Assembly (NCBI GenBank): GCA_013239625.1
Contig: MU054323.1
Span: 2,840,161-2,904,160, forward strand
From: Lama guanicoe
Lineage: Eukaryota
DNA: 64,000 nt
Reading direction: 5' to 3'
The notes below the pieces were generated by a model. The model was not told where the DNA came from. It worked only from the letters and a program-made list of their open reading frames with translations, and made no database searches. Shown in pieces: positions 51,831 to 64,000 of this stretch (its first letter is position 1; every line of letters begins with the position of its first letter). The position numbers and the translations under genes are program-made.

Positions 51831-54800
51831 GTTGACCTGCTCGGCCACAGGGCCTTGAGCCGAGAAGACCTTAATGCCAGGCTAATGTGTCAGGCATCCT
51901 GGAGTCAAAAGCTGGCCTTGGGAGGGTTTTGAGCAGGAGAATTATGTCACCAAAGGTCTACACTTTGGAAAGAAACATCTGGCAACACCATGCTTCCAAA
52001 GGAGAGGAACAGAAGGGAGGAGAGTGAGACTCCGGAAATAATGCAGCAAGAAGTGGGGACCTGAACAAGGGTGACAGTAGTGGGCTGACGAGAAGGCAGA
52101 AAGGAAAAAAGCAGGTTCAGATACAGAGAGGACAGGGTGACTGGTAAGATGGAAGGAGTAGGGGGAGGGGTCCACACAGGAAGGATCGGAGACTCAGAAC
52201 CCCTAGGAGGCCCGGCAGGTAGCAGAGCCTTTCTCTCACTGCACCACTGCAGAGGTACGAGCCTGTGGCTGCAACAAAGGGACAGGCCCGAGTGCAGACA
52301 CTCAGCTCCATTTGGTTTGGATGGAGCCAAAAGAAAAACATCGAGCCCGAGCCGATCTTTCCTGGATGTGTCTCAAAGACGGTGTCCGTCCAGGCTTCGT
52401 TTGCACCCGGAGTGGAGAGCGTCTGGGACTCGAGAGGCTGCTGGTGGACCGTGGATGTGGGCAGTTGCCAGATGTGGCCGAAGCTGCCACCAGAGATCTG
52501 TTTTCACAGGTTTTGTTTGGAAACTCAGTGTGGGGCTGGGGAGCAGCTGGGAGTTTCTGAGTAATTGTGTACCCTGGGGGTGGAGGGAGGCCAAGTACAA
52601 CAGCCTTTCCCAGGGACCCAAGTGAGGGCAATGCAGGAAGTCAGGTGAGGCCGCCCGAGGCCCAGTCTGAGGCCCAGTCCAAGGCCCGAGGTCGGCTCCA
52701 GTGCCCAGAGGAGGAAGCTCCACCCAGCTCCTGTATCTCTGATGCAAACATGCTGGGCACCCATCCCTGCTCTCAACCCCAGGGGCCACTTTCCCTATCA
52801 GGGATGTTTGGGTGCCTCACGTAAGTACATACTAGCATCCCCTCTGCACCCACCAAAGTATCAGATGTATACACTGAAACTCAAACAGATAAGGGATGAT
52901 CATCTGCTTCACAATGTGTTTCCCTTTAAGGCTCAGGTTGACTATCAGCTTTGAAGCTTTCCTTGACCTTGTTCTTTTCCACACTCCAGGAAGATTGACA
53001 GTCCTTCTCCTCCATGCTCAGAGCAGTCCTACCACCAACTTAACATTTAACCATCCACATTCAATCACCAAATGTTGTTTAAATACTTACTGAGTGTTAG
53101 GGACAGTGAATATGAAGACAGAGAAGCACCAATCCTTGCCATCTCTTTGGATCATGGGTCACTTGGGATGGCGTTCCTCCCTTCTGAACCTCTGCCTGGC
53201 TCAGTGGTGCTTGCTTAAGGGAGACCGACTCAAACTGGATTCACCCAAGCATTCTGCACTCTCTAGTGGAAGTCACCAAGAGCTGGCTCAAGGTCCAAGC
53301 TCTACCTTTGAAACCCACGATTTGATTTGCCTGCCCAGGAAAAGGCCCTGGAATACAGATCCTGACTGCAGTTAACTGCCACTGGCAGGTGGCTATGCCT
53401 GCCTCATTGAATGGAGGGAGGTGTCACAACCCAATCTTTTAATTACTCAGGGTCATTACTGATGTAAGTGTGAGGACACTGGACTCTAGGGTGGCCTTAA
53501 GAGTACGTCTTTGTTATCAAGGAGTGATTTGTTCCCAAACAAGACAGGAGAAGTCTTGGTGTCAAAAGCCCTGTGTTCTAGTCTAGCTTTGATGACAGAA
53601 GCCCTGTGACCTGGAGTAAGCGAGACAACTCTCCTAGATCTTAATTTTGTCACCTCTTCCCCAGCAAAATGAACTCTTCCCTTTCAGCTCAAAAGTTCTC
53701 CTACACCCTAATACTAAGATCGTATCCCTGGATCTGACTTTGGGAGTTTGAGTTAACATTAAGCCCTTCCACAATTTCAACCCTCTGTGCTTATTTTTTA
53801 TCATATTTTTTAATCAAGAAATAAAAAGCAGCCTTTTTGACCAGACAGCCAAGATTCCCAGGTGGGCCCCTCTCCAAGAGAAGCACATATGTCTGTCAAG
53901 ATTCTGAAAAATGTATCCTCTTCAATTCCTGTGTTTTTCCTTAAGAGAAAATATATAGAAACCACAAACATACTTGTATCGTTCCCATATGATGCCTTCA
54001 TACTTGAAGGAAGTGTTGGATTTTCTTGTTCTTTGGCTCAAAAAGCAATGGGTGACATCAGTGAGCTAAAACTGCAAGTTCTACTGCCCTTTCCCTATTA
54101 AACTTGAATGTTTACTTCTCAGGGGATTGGCCAAGAAAAGTCCATTTGGGCTGGAACGCAGCATATTTAGTCTCAGAATTAAGGTAATTTCTTTGGAAGA
54201 GTTTCAACCAAATCAATTTATTTCAGCGATGTTGGTGTTGGTTCCCCTTTTAAAAATTCCAAAGCCCCAGGCTTTTTAACTGTACCTGCTCTGCTAACAC
54301 AATTCCAAGCTGGCTCTCACTCTGAAAGCCGTATACTCTGGGTATATGGGATCCGGTGATGTGAGCCTTGGGTGCACTAGGAGAAGACTGTGGTTTTACA
54401 GGGTGAGTGCCAATGCACAGATACAGGGGTCTCCAGAGACTGAAGACCCATGGGCCCGAGGGGTCCAGACAAGAACCACCCCTTATCTCTATAAATTTCC
54501 CTCAACAATAAAACACATTCACACTTTTTTTTCACTTGATCCTTACAACAATTTAGTGACGCAGACAGAGTAGGTGTCATTGTATCTGTTTTCATAAAAG
54601 CCTACAGGGATTTGGTGGTACTAATTGCCTTGGCCTGGCTGGTGGGTGGCAGATGTGAAATGTGGTCTTCTCAGGAGTAGTGGTCCAACCACAAGTCTAT
54701 CCCATCCATCGAGCAGGAAGAACTGTGAGTGAAGAGCTGTTATAAGATGCCTACCCTTGAAAATGCCCCAGTCAGAAGCCAGGAGAGAGATGCGTAAGTA

Positions 54801-56929
54801 TGAACTGAAGACCATCTAGAAGGCTTCTGCCTGAAATTATTCATTCCACGTGCTTGTCCATGATGCCCCAAATTCTACCATTAAAGAGCCACTTCTTTCA
54901 GAAGAACTGGGACTCTTATAATTCCCTAAGATTAAAAGGGGGTCTAAAAGGGCGTCCAAAACAAGAGACATAAAAGAGCTAATGGCATTGCCAGGTCCTT
55001 CTAGAGCAAGACTTAATTATGGTGATATGAGTGAGCATTCTGTCTTGTTTCCTGAGAAACATATTTTATCACGTTGAGAAAGTAACTGTTGTCTCTATTT
55101 TACTCAATGTTGCCAACATAAGTCATTCCTCTTGGTCAGACTGCCTCTTTGCTGTCCCCAAAACACCTAATAATCATGACTCCAACTCCCTCTTCGCTCC
55201 ATGTCTGTGCTCATTCTGGTTGCTGCATGAAGATCTTCCCAGCTTTAGAGATGAAAAGTCTATAAATTTGCTTAGAGATCACCTATTCTTGTTCTTTGTT
55301 TAATAGATTAATAAATAAAAGACTGTGACTTCCATCTTAAAAGGAAAAAAAAAAAAGACAGATGAGCAAGGAGGTTATGCCAGTTACCAAGACTATATAA
55401 CGGACTTAGGTTTGAATGCGGGAGCCCAGCACTCAATCTGTCAAATGCTATTTCTCTGATGCCACTTCCATGTGTCATACTGAAGCAGCAGCAGCAGAAA
55501 CAAGGACAACAGCAACTCAGAGACCAGTCCAGAGCTTCCTCTCCACCCCTTATTCCATTCTTTTTGTATCCAAAACCCTCCACTGCCTTATAAAAGATTT
55601 ACGAGAATTTACGCAGCTGAAAAGTGTCCAGCTCTGTGTAGATCAATTTCTCAGGAAGAAGAAATAATACCTGGCTCAAACTTCGCTTGTTTAAAGATCT
55701 AGTGGTTCAAATTTGCATCCCAACCCTGCCACTAACTAGCTGTGTAGTATGACAAGCCATCACTTCTTTCTGGGTCTTAGGTTTTTTCACCAACAAAATA
55801 AGGCGTACCAATAGTATTTCCATTGACCATTTCAATTTTGACATTCTACTCAACGGTCTTAGAATCTTAGACTCTTTGAATTGGTATTAAGAGCAGGAAA
55901 ATCGCAGGCATGATCTGAGGGGCTTGGGAATGTTTTCCTACTTGCTGATGACTGGAATCCCTTTACCCATGAATGAAGCTTTTCTTCTTCTAGAAAAAGA
56001 TCAGGCTTGCCGACTGACTGACATTCACACCGAAATGTAAATGACTGGTAGCTGGTTCTTCCTGGAAAGCCAGGTACAGAAGGGGGCAGCTGATGACAAG
56101 CGGGCATCAGGTAACTGCAGGAAGGGGAAGGGAAAAATGAAGGTACAAGAAGAAAAAGTAGAAAACTCTAAAGGTGGTCTCTGCTGGGGGTGGCCCTGGC
56201 AGGTTAGAGGGCAAAGGATAGCCCAAGTGTAACCTTTCAAAGCTTAAAATGAAACACCAGGCCGTCTGGCCTTCCTCTCTGTGCCAAAACAGCCTCCCCT
56301 CTGGAGTGCAGGACTGCTTGAGATCCGTCAGTCTCTGAGGTCAGGAGGTTAATGTCCTGCCCTGACTCAGGTCACCTTCTGCTCCACTCTCTGAAACTCC
56401 AGCTCTACATTTTTAAGACACAGATAATAAAACCTGACCCTGAGGTCCACCCCAATAAAGGATAAAACAGTAATCCAGACACGTACAACATCTCAGATAC
56501 ATGGAAGCTCCATTTGCCTCTGTTCTGGAATGGGATGCCGACAGATTTACGATAATTTGGGTATTGTCTTTCTTCATGTATTAAACTTACTGTGGAAGAG
56601 ACTGTGTGGAAAGTGGAAAAGGCCTCCAACTGTCCTAGCAAAAATATATGGTAATGCCTACTGAACTCAAGATAACATGGGGCTTTTATTTCTACCCTGC
56701 AGAAATAGGTTATGGCCCTACTTCAAATGTGGTCAGTTAACCACTTTTGGATGTCATGCGAGGCATAGGTTATCTATTACCTGAAGGAAAAGGGATGCTT
56801 TCTTATTCATCTTGCAATCTACCAAAATACCCCCAGCACAGTTCCTGGCATGCAACATGTGTCCAATAATACTTACTATGGTTGAAGAATGAACTTGAGA
56901 ATGGCCATTGTGTTACAGAGTGAACACAG

Positions 56930-57341
56930 CACTAGATTAGCAGAGTTAAGACACCATCATTTTCCTTATGATCAAGGCATGGAAGGTGACCTTGTGTGAC
57001 TTCTGAGACTAGTCCTTGAGAGGCTATCCCTCTCTTAAGACGCTGCCTGAGATTTCCCTGTAAGGAAGCTGGCCTAATCTATTAGAGGATGAAAGGTCAC
57101 ATGGAAAATAAGGACCTCAACCAACACCCAGTATCAAGTTCCAGACATGTGAATGAGGCTATCTTGGACCTTCCAGCCCAGCTGAAGGTCCAACGAGCAG
57201 AAAGCAGTCATGAGTGAGACCAGGAAAGCAGAAGAGAGACTACTGGCTACCCTACAAGATTATGAGAAATAATACATTTTTGTTTGTTTGAAGCCACTAA
57301 ATTTTTGCATGGTTTGCTACACAGCAAAGGCTAACAGAGCA
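56930..57341 (+). mobile_element. MLT1 (MLT1G/H-like) solo LTR
   Basis: ccagacatgtgaatgaggctatcttggaccttccagccc...attatgagaaataat...gaagccactaaatttttgcatggtttgctacacagcaaaggctaacaga. Confidence 0.85.
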
Positions 57342-60222
57342 AGAAAGTTAGACCAGATGACTTCTAAGGTGTTTTCAGCTTTATGAGTCTAAAACCCTAG
57401 TATAGAACCCATCATAGTGAGAACACCACAGTACTGCTAGAAGCATCTCTATTCTACACCTCTGACTTTTGCAGAGGAAACTGACACACAGAGGAGAGGT
57501 GAATGTCCCAGTTTAGTCTTTAAAAAAAAAGCTTAACTGTGCCACACAGATTCTTACAGGAAAGAAAGCAGAGCATGGCCCGTGGTCCAAGCCTACATGA
57601 CGTGTCCACACACTTAGGAAGATGGTTCTTCCACTCTGTTTCCCAGACCAAGAAGCACTCCTTTCTGAAGAGCATCCAGTCCATTAATGGACAAAGCCCC
57701 CAACAGCCCAAGCCAGTAGACCATCCTTTCCTTTAAAAGACCCTAAATCTTTGCGTCTTTATCTTAAGACTAAATTCAAAAACAGTTAGAGAGTCCAGCT
57801 TAAATTTGGAGAGACTCAAGTGTTCTAACACATCCTTCTAACAGTCACTTTGTATTCAAACACTGAGTTTCTCCTCTCTCCACCATATTTTTCCTACCCG
57901 TCTTAAGCAATGATTTCTATAGCCCAAGTGTGGGCTTTCCACTGCTTTTATCTGCATCCCTGAAACTACTCATGAAAATTCTTCTCCCTGAAGTATGAGC
58001 CATTACTAACATACCATACGGTCTGGCATTGATTTAGGGCAACCTGGGAATTTCAGGGTTGGGCTTGGATTTATCTGAGAGGAGTTAAATGTTTGGGGCA
58101 GGGGTGGAGTACCGTTCCAACAAAATGGCAAAAGTAAGCTTCAAGATGAGTGTCAGCAGAGAGAATTAAAAGAGACAATTAAATAAATACCTGGATGGAA
58201 AGTCTGGGTCTAGTGCCATCAGTGGAGCACACACCACCCATTTTAGACACATTCTAAAGACAATTTCAATAAGTCATCTGAGAAGATGAATCAAATAAAT
58301 TCCAAATCTTAAGAACAGATTGGTTGCTATATGGCTTCTTGCAAGTGGACCATTAAATCAACTTTTTTTCAAACTAACAGTTTCTGCTGTCAACACCAAG
58401 TGAAGAAGTGGAAGGAAAAAAAAAATCAGTTAGGCAAAGGAATGACATTCAGATGCTGAAAGGGTGAAACCTGAGGAACACTACCCAACCACTGCTAAAA
58501 AACAACAGGAAGCTGGTGTTGAAAATGAAGACACAAAAGAGAGAGTTCTCCAAGGCTTAGCACATGGTCTGTGCCCACACGTGCTGATTGGCATCAGTGA
58601 TTTGCCTAAGAAAACACAGCAGCTGTATTCCCTCTAGCACCTTCTCACCTAGGGCTCTAACTCCAAGTGACAAGAGTGACATTGGAAGGGGGGTGATGGC
58701 CCACACCTTCTCACACATCGCTCCCTCCCATTTCTGGAACCAGCAGCCATCTGAACCTCTAGTCTTTTTCCAACCTATTGCCCTCTTAACATACAATGCC
58801 GTTGACTCTAACAGCATTGCAGACAGGTTCACTGGTCCAGGAAGTTCCACACACATCAAAGACGATGCAACTGATGAGAGTAAATGCCAGCATTCCCACT
58901 GGGTCCAAGCACATAGATTTGACAGCCAAGGGTGTTTAGTCCCAGGATAAACTATGTGATGACAGTCAAGTTCAGAATTATGGAGAGAGCCCTGGAGTAA
59001 GAATGAGATTTGGAGATTAGCCCAGCTGTGCTAGTACCTGCCTGAGAGACTGTGGGTATCAGTTAACTGCTCTGGCCTCAGTTTCCTGATTCTGAAATAA
59101 GATGGTTAGACTCGATGATTTCTCAGAAGCCCTTTACAGATCTACTGAAGGTGGAATAAAAGCCTTCTCTTACCCCAAACCACAAGTCCTCACCTGCAAA
59201 TTAAGTGTTGTGAGAATAAAATGAGTTTAAATGTGTTGAGAGTGTAGGACATTACCTGGCATGTATAAATTAAGTGTTCAGTATACATTAGCATAAGTAA
59301 ATCAATTAAAATGCTGTTGTTCAGGTAACTAAGAAGAAAGGGAAGAATAAACTAGTCCTCAGACAGCAAGAATGCACTAGAGGTGGTAACAGGAACCTGC
59401 CATATTTCCCCCCCTTCCCATAATGCATCTGCCCATCTTTCTTCAAGTGCTTTTTTGCTTTTATAGGGTATTTTTATTACAGATTAGCTTTCTCTATTAA
59501 TTTTATTGCAGAGTAATCATAAAAATCAGTATAAATATTTTCATTTACCTCATTAAAGAAAAATTATCTTGCTCGCTTGTTTTTTTAAGACTTCAGCAGT
59601 GTCTTCTGACCTTTGACTAAGTTTTAGTAACCACACATTGAAAGTCATGCCAATCAGAGATGTGTTAAAGCTCATGAACATCAACTTCTTAATGTTTGTC
59701 TGCTTAGAAAACAAGAGCAAGTGCAAGAAATAATTTAGAATCAGTGATTTTCACATTGGAGAAACATTGTCAGAAACTAAGTAATGTCTTCAATTTCCTT
59801 TTATCCTGGTAAATTCAAATAAAATTTAAATTCTCTAATGTAGAACAGTACTTGGGTGGGAAGATTAGCCTAAGGGGTTTTTTTTAATTACTTTATAATA
59901 TTTTGCAGCCCCCAAATTTCCTAACATGAGGTTGTATTACTTTTATAATAAGAAAAAATACTGTTATTTTTTTGAGGTACATATTGGCGTAACAGTCAGC
60001 CACACTTGTACCAATTGCTCCATCCACTGACCTAAAGGCATGTCTTCAGGAACCAGGAAAACTGCCAAGATAGAAGATAGTGTCCCCTCCCTTGGGATCT
60101 CACAGTTTATGGAAGAGACAAGACATACAGATAAAGTGAACTGAGATACATTTAACACCAACTAGGATTTTCAGAGTAAATAAACTTAGAGCAAGAGAAG
60201 GAGCTGGGGCTTCAGGGCTTCT

Positions 60223-60324
60223 TTGTAACAGCATCACCTCCATCCTGCATTCACTGTTGTAACAGCATCACCTCCATCCTGCATTCACTGTTGTAACAGC
60301 ATCACCTCTATTCTGCATTCACTG
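60223..60324. repeat. 34-bp tandem repeat x3
   Basis: ttgtaacagcatcacctccatcctgcattcactg twice identical, third copy with two C>T differences. Confidence 0.95.
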
Positions 60325-61534
60325 ATTTTACAACCTGGGAGCCTGCAACTCGCCAGGCCACCACATAGGCTCTAAGGGTAAAATGATGACTTCCCTCATC
60401 AAAGTCATAGGACAGGAGGAGATACAGAGACATTAAAAAGATCATTTAAAATGAAGTTTTATGGCTGGTAGTGCTCTTTCATTTACCCATTCATTCACTC
60501 AACAAAACTCCACTGAACTGTTCTACAAACAGCACAGAGAAGAGGGATAAATAAGAATTGAACCATGCCCTCAATAAAGCTTCTATGTGAATTTTCAAGG
60601 ACACCTTACATCCCCAGTGAGAATGACTCAGCAAATATTATTAACTGCATTCTACAGAAAACTGAAGCTTGAGCTAGTATGTTCAAATCCACACAATTAC
60701 TAGGGGCAAATCAGGGCTGGAACCCAGAATTCCTGATGCCCAGTCTCTGTTGAGCTTATACCTTTGCATTTCTTGGTTTTCACAGAAGAAGTTTTTTGGT
60801 TTGGGTTCTTTTTTTTTTTAACCTACTCTCATCATCACAGTAGATGTAAGGCTTCTCTTATAACTGAATAGGAATAAGAACCAAACCTGCTAAGGAAACT
60901 AAGAGAGGTTTTTGTGCAGCCAGAGACTCCTTCATTCATCCACCCAGACACTTGCCTGCTGCTGCTGCCTGATGTCACCTGGCGGCTGTGGGCAGGCCCA
61001 TGCAGAGATGTTCACTTCCACATCAGCGTACTTCCTGCCTCACTGGGCAGGGCGAGACTGTCCACCACCAAAGTGGGAAAAAGAATGTGATTTATTTATA
61101 TGAAGGAAGCGTGCTCAAAGCTCTGAGTTAAGATCCACAGAAGTAATTTCACCACATTCTTTAAGCTTGAACTGCGGTCTTGGTGATGAAAGGTTCAAGC
61201 CATCCCTGCTGGGAAAGCAAACCTACAGCACCATCCACCTCGGTGAGGCCGCCATGCAGAAAGTGGCTTTGCGTTCTGTGTACTAGCCTCTGCTTCCTGC
61301 TGGATGTTGGGTACAAGTGGAGAAGGCTGGGATGGGGGTCCGTGTGGCACTGTCTCCCGTCTGTCCCCCCTGAGGTGCAAGGTGCTAGAAGATTCTTCCC
61401 TCCAGTCTCTCTGAGAGTCAGGGCTGTGGTCAGGAAGCATGAGTGTGGGCAGTTTAGCCTGTGCCGGACGCCAAATCTATTTCTGTTGTTTGTTTCTCAT
61501 CTTTCAACCCTAACAAGTCCAGGTGTAAGCGGCA

Positions 61535-61890
61535 GGGTGGTAGAGTAAGAGACGCTGGACTGACTCCCACAGCCAGAGATCGTGTCCACTAACTCAGGGG
61601 CCCTGGGTCAAGTCCACACTCTCTTTGAGCTCCTTCTTCAGGTATACAGGGGCAAAAATGTGAGAAAGCTGACTTTTGCAAGTGCTGACAAATGGGCCAC
61701 GCACTCTGCTCAGCATATCACATGCATCCCCTCTCTTAATCCTCACCTTCCAGGAGGTTGAGACTGCCCCTATCCCCATTCCAGAGCTGAGAAAACTGAG
61801 GACAGAGAAGTCATGTGCCAATGATTAAAGAGCGAGTTGGCGGAAGAATGAGGGCCACCACCCCGGGCCTCTGGACTCCAGGACGGGAGC
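61535..61890. mobile_element. Two adjacent MIRs in opposite orientation
   Basis: Sense MIR ~61535-61685. Antisense MIR ~61690-61890 (ccccattccagagctgagaaaactgaggacagagaag). Confidence 0.6.
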
Positions 61891-62184
61891 TTGTAGCTGG
61901 GCTGTCAAAGTTAAGTGATGATGACCGTGGCCACCTTCATCCTGTTCCTGATTTTACTGGTAGTGATTCTCCTGTTTCTTTGTGAAGAAAGTTTTTAGAT
62001 ACTAATGACAGATGAATTCTTTAAAGCATTTTCTTAAAAAAAGGACCCTTCTAGTTATTTTTAATGCTATTGTTTGCTTGACTTGGGATGAACCTATGAT
62101 TCTATGCTATAAATGTTTTAACAAGCACATCAAATTTACTAAATGAAGCCAAACGATGAGGTCGAGAAGTCCCAATGCAGAAAC

Positions 62185-62350
62185 CGTAGTGTTTCTCAAA
62201 TTTCTAAATAATCATCTTAGATATTCGTTTTCAAAAGAATCACCAGGCTTCTCTCCTGGAAATGCTGGCTCTGTAGCACAGAGTAAGGCCCAGGAATCTG
62301 TATTTTAAATACAACTGCTAGATCCTTCTATGGAAGAAGACATACGTGCA
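62185..62350. mobile_element. MER5-like fragment
   Basis: agtgtttctcaaa...gtaaggcccaggaatctgtattttaa. Confidence 0.6.
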
Positions 62351-62589
62351 CATTTTATGAACAAAATTAACTTTGAAGGATATTTGAAAAATGTAGTAAG
62401 CTAAATAGAAAATCTGTACCTTTCTTATCCTCATTTTCAAAGAGCTTTATCAGGAATGAGTGCTTCATGAATACTTTTATGAGCCTCTATTGATATGATA
62501 AGCAATAGTTAAAGTACTAAACATGTGCCAGATTCTGTGCTTAGAACATTAGCGGTATCATCTCACTTAATCCTCATAAACCCTCTAAT

Positions 62590-63440
62590 AAAAGAAAACA
62601 CAACAGATTAACAGAAGATCAAACATAAACAGGTTCAACTCTCTCAGTAAAAAGAAACAGAAAACTTCAGATTAAGTTAGAAAACACACCTACTAGTAAA
62701 ACAAAGTTAATGACACAGAAAGGTTAAAAGCAAAAGATTTAACTTAGATGTGTCAGGCAAATGCAAATAAAATTCGAGAAGGAATAGAAAAAAGATCAGA
62801 AAAGAGTAACAAATATTAAAAGAATAAAGCAATACTTTTTGTATTGATAATCAATAATAATGGTGTAAGTCATAAATACTTACGTGCTGATTAATTTAAT
62901 ATTTTGGTTAAAACCTTAATGATCTCAATTGTAAAAACTAGAAGTGAAACCAATAAAACTTAATAAGGCACTATTTATCCACGATACATCAAAGAGAAAG
63001 TTACAGAAGATTTGAACCATACAATTAATAGTTATAAGAAGAGATATGTATGTGTGAAAGAGGGAAGGAGAGAGAGAGAGAGATTTAACTTGGCATTCAG
63101 CAGAGAGTATACCAATATATGCCTATGAAGTATTTCAAATTCTTATTTAATACTAGGCAACAAATAAAGCTTTAATAAATTCAAAGTGCTTAAATTCTAC
63201 AGCCACATTTTCTGACCACAAAATATGAGTAACAGTATTATTCCCAAATTGTTAGAGTTAGGAAGGAAAGCTAGAGGAAGTTAAATTTTAAAAAGTCTCT
63301 GAAATAACCTTAGGGTCAATGAGGAAATCAAACTGACAACTGTAAAGACAAAAAAATGAGGGGAAAAAATATTGAAACAATAAGGATAAAGCCAATATGG
63401 CACTCAAAGGTAAATTCTTAGCCACAAATATCGATCTATG
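62590..63440 (+). mobile_element. Old L1ME-type ORF2 fragment
   Basis: A-rich L1 endonuclease-like sequence (gccacattttctgaccaca, ctcaaaggtaaattcttagcc). Confidence 0.65.
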
Positions 63441-64000
63441 AAACACTAGTGAAGTCAAGTTCATCCTATGATGTACTGTATCTGTCCCCACTGGGGATAA
63501 CTCTGGCATCAAGATGAATTCTCCGTAATAGCTGGTCTGTGCTCGGTGCTACTGCCTGTTTCAGGAGTAAACGCTAGAACTCACTGTGCAATTTGCGGGG
63601 AACCAAGCCTCCATTTCACAGAAGAGCAATTCAAATAAGGTGCACTGAAGGCCTCTGCAGCCCGATTTCACTGCCAACCCTCATCTCTCCAGGTCAGCAC
63701 TGTCACTGAGGTCCAGCCCGTGTCCCCTCAGTACAACTTCTTAGACTCTGCCTTCTCTGAGACAGGATTCTCCATGTAGCTTTTTTCAGTTCAAACCCTA
63801 CCACCTCTGTTTCAGAAATTCTTCGGTGTCACAGCATGTGATTGGCATCAATTCCTGGTTTCTAGTATGAACACGAGTTTTTGTAAATGTGTATATTTCA
63901 TTGGTCAGTTTAATGGAAATGGGGGACTCAAACACCTTACCATCTTGTCCAGAGGCTCTATTTAAAGTATCCTCTAAAAATGAGAAAAGTATTTTAAATA

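Larger units (their letters stand above)
1..64000 (-). other. ENOX2: Intronic / 5' region of a large minus-strand gene, tentatively ENOX2; main coding exons would lie outside the window
   Basis: All convincing splice-signal-bounded exon candidates are on the minus strand. The 3' end of the 33843-33935 exon (TGGTGTATCCAGCCTCGCACGCCATTCTACACAACCG) resembles what I recall of ENOX1/ENOX2 5' exons. The identification is from memory only and needs BLAST. Confidence 0.4.

Noticed and set aside
51061..52830. Longest ORF (212 aa, 51061-51699) and stacked ORFs at 52100-52830
   Set aside because: They overlap MLT1/L2 remnants or GC-richer DNA with few stops. I recognise no domain and see no convincing splice context.
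60223..60324. 34-bp repeats as a CRISPR-like array
   Set aside because: Units are directly adjacent with no spacers, in mammalian DNA.
61535..61890. Inverted MIR pair as a dsRNA hairpin
   Set aside because: The copies look too diverged to pair stably.
1..64000. miRNA, tRNA, snoRNA or processed pseudogene
   Set aside because: None recognised by eye. An Infernal/Rfam and BLASTx scan would be needed to exclude them fully.

Overview
Mammalian genomic DNA, repeat-rich (MIR, L2, L1, MER3/MER5/Charlie DNA transposons, MLT1 LTRs). I see no Alu, ruminant or pig SINEs, and the young L1 3' tails look cetartiodactyl, most like camelid. No complete protein-coding gene, RNA gene or CRISPR array is visible. 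Most entries in the ORF track are chance ORFs or decayed L1/hAT transposase pieces. The window reads as intronic sequence of a large minus-strand gene, tentatively the 5' region of ENOX2 (from memory of ENOX1/2 5' exons, unverified). It holds several short minus-strand exon candidates: a 31-nt ATG-bearing microexon (44980-45010), a 93-nt exon (33843-33935) and possible alternative first/5' exons near 7.6 kb, 3.3 kb and 0.2 kb. The most notable signal is that the microexon ATG opens exactly the one frame that is stop-free across the 93-nt exon. All ATG-bearing candidates end in phase 1, suggesting switchable alternative N-termini or uORFs. Also notable is a ~2-kb fossil hAT transposase close to the domesticated FAM200A/B proteins, with nested L1 insertions. 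Repeat subfamily calls are by eye and boundaries are approximate.
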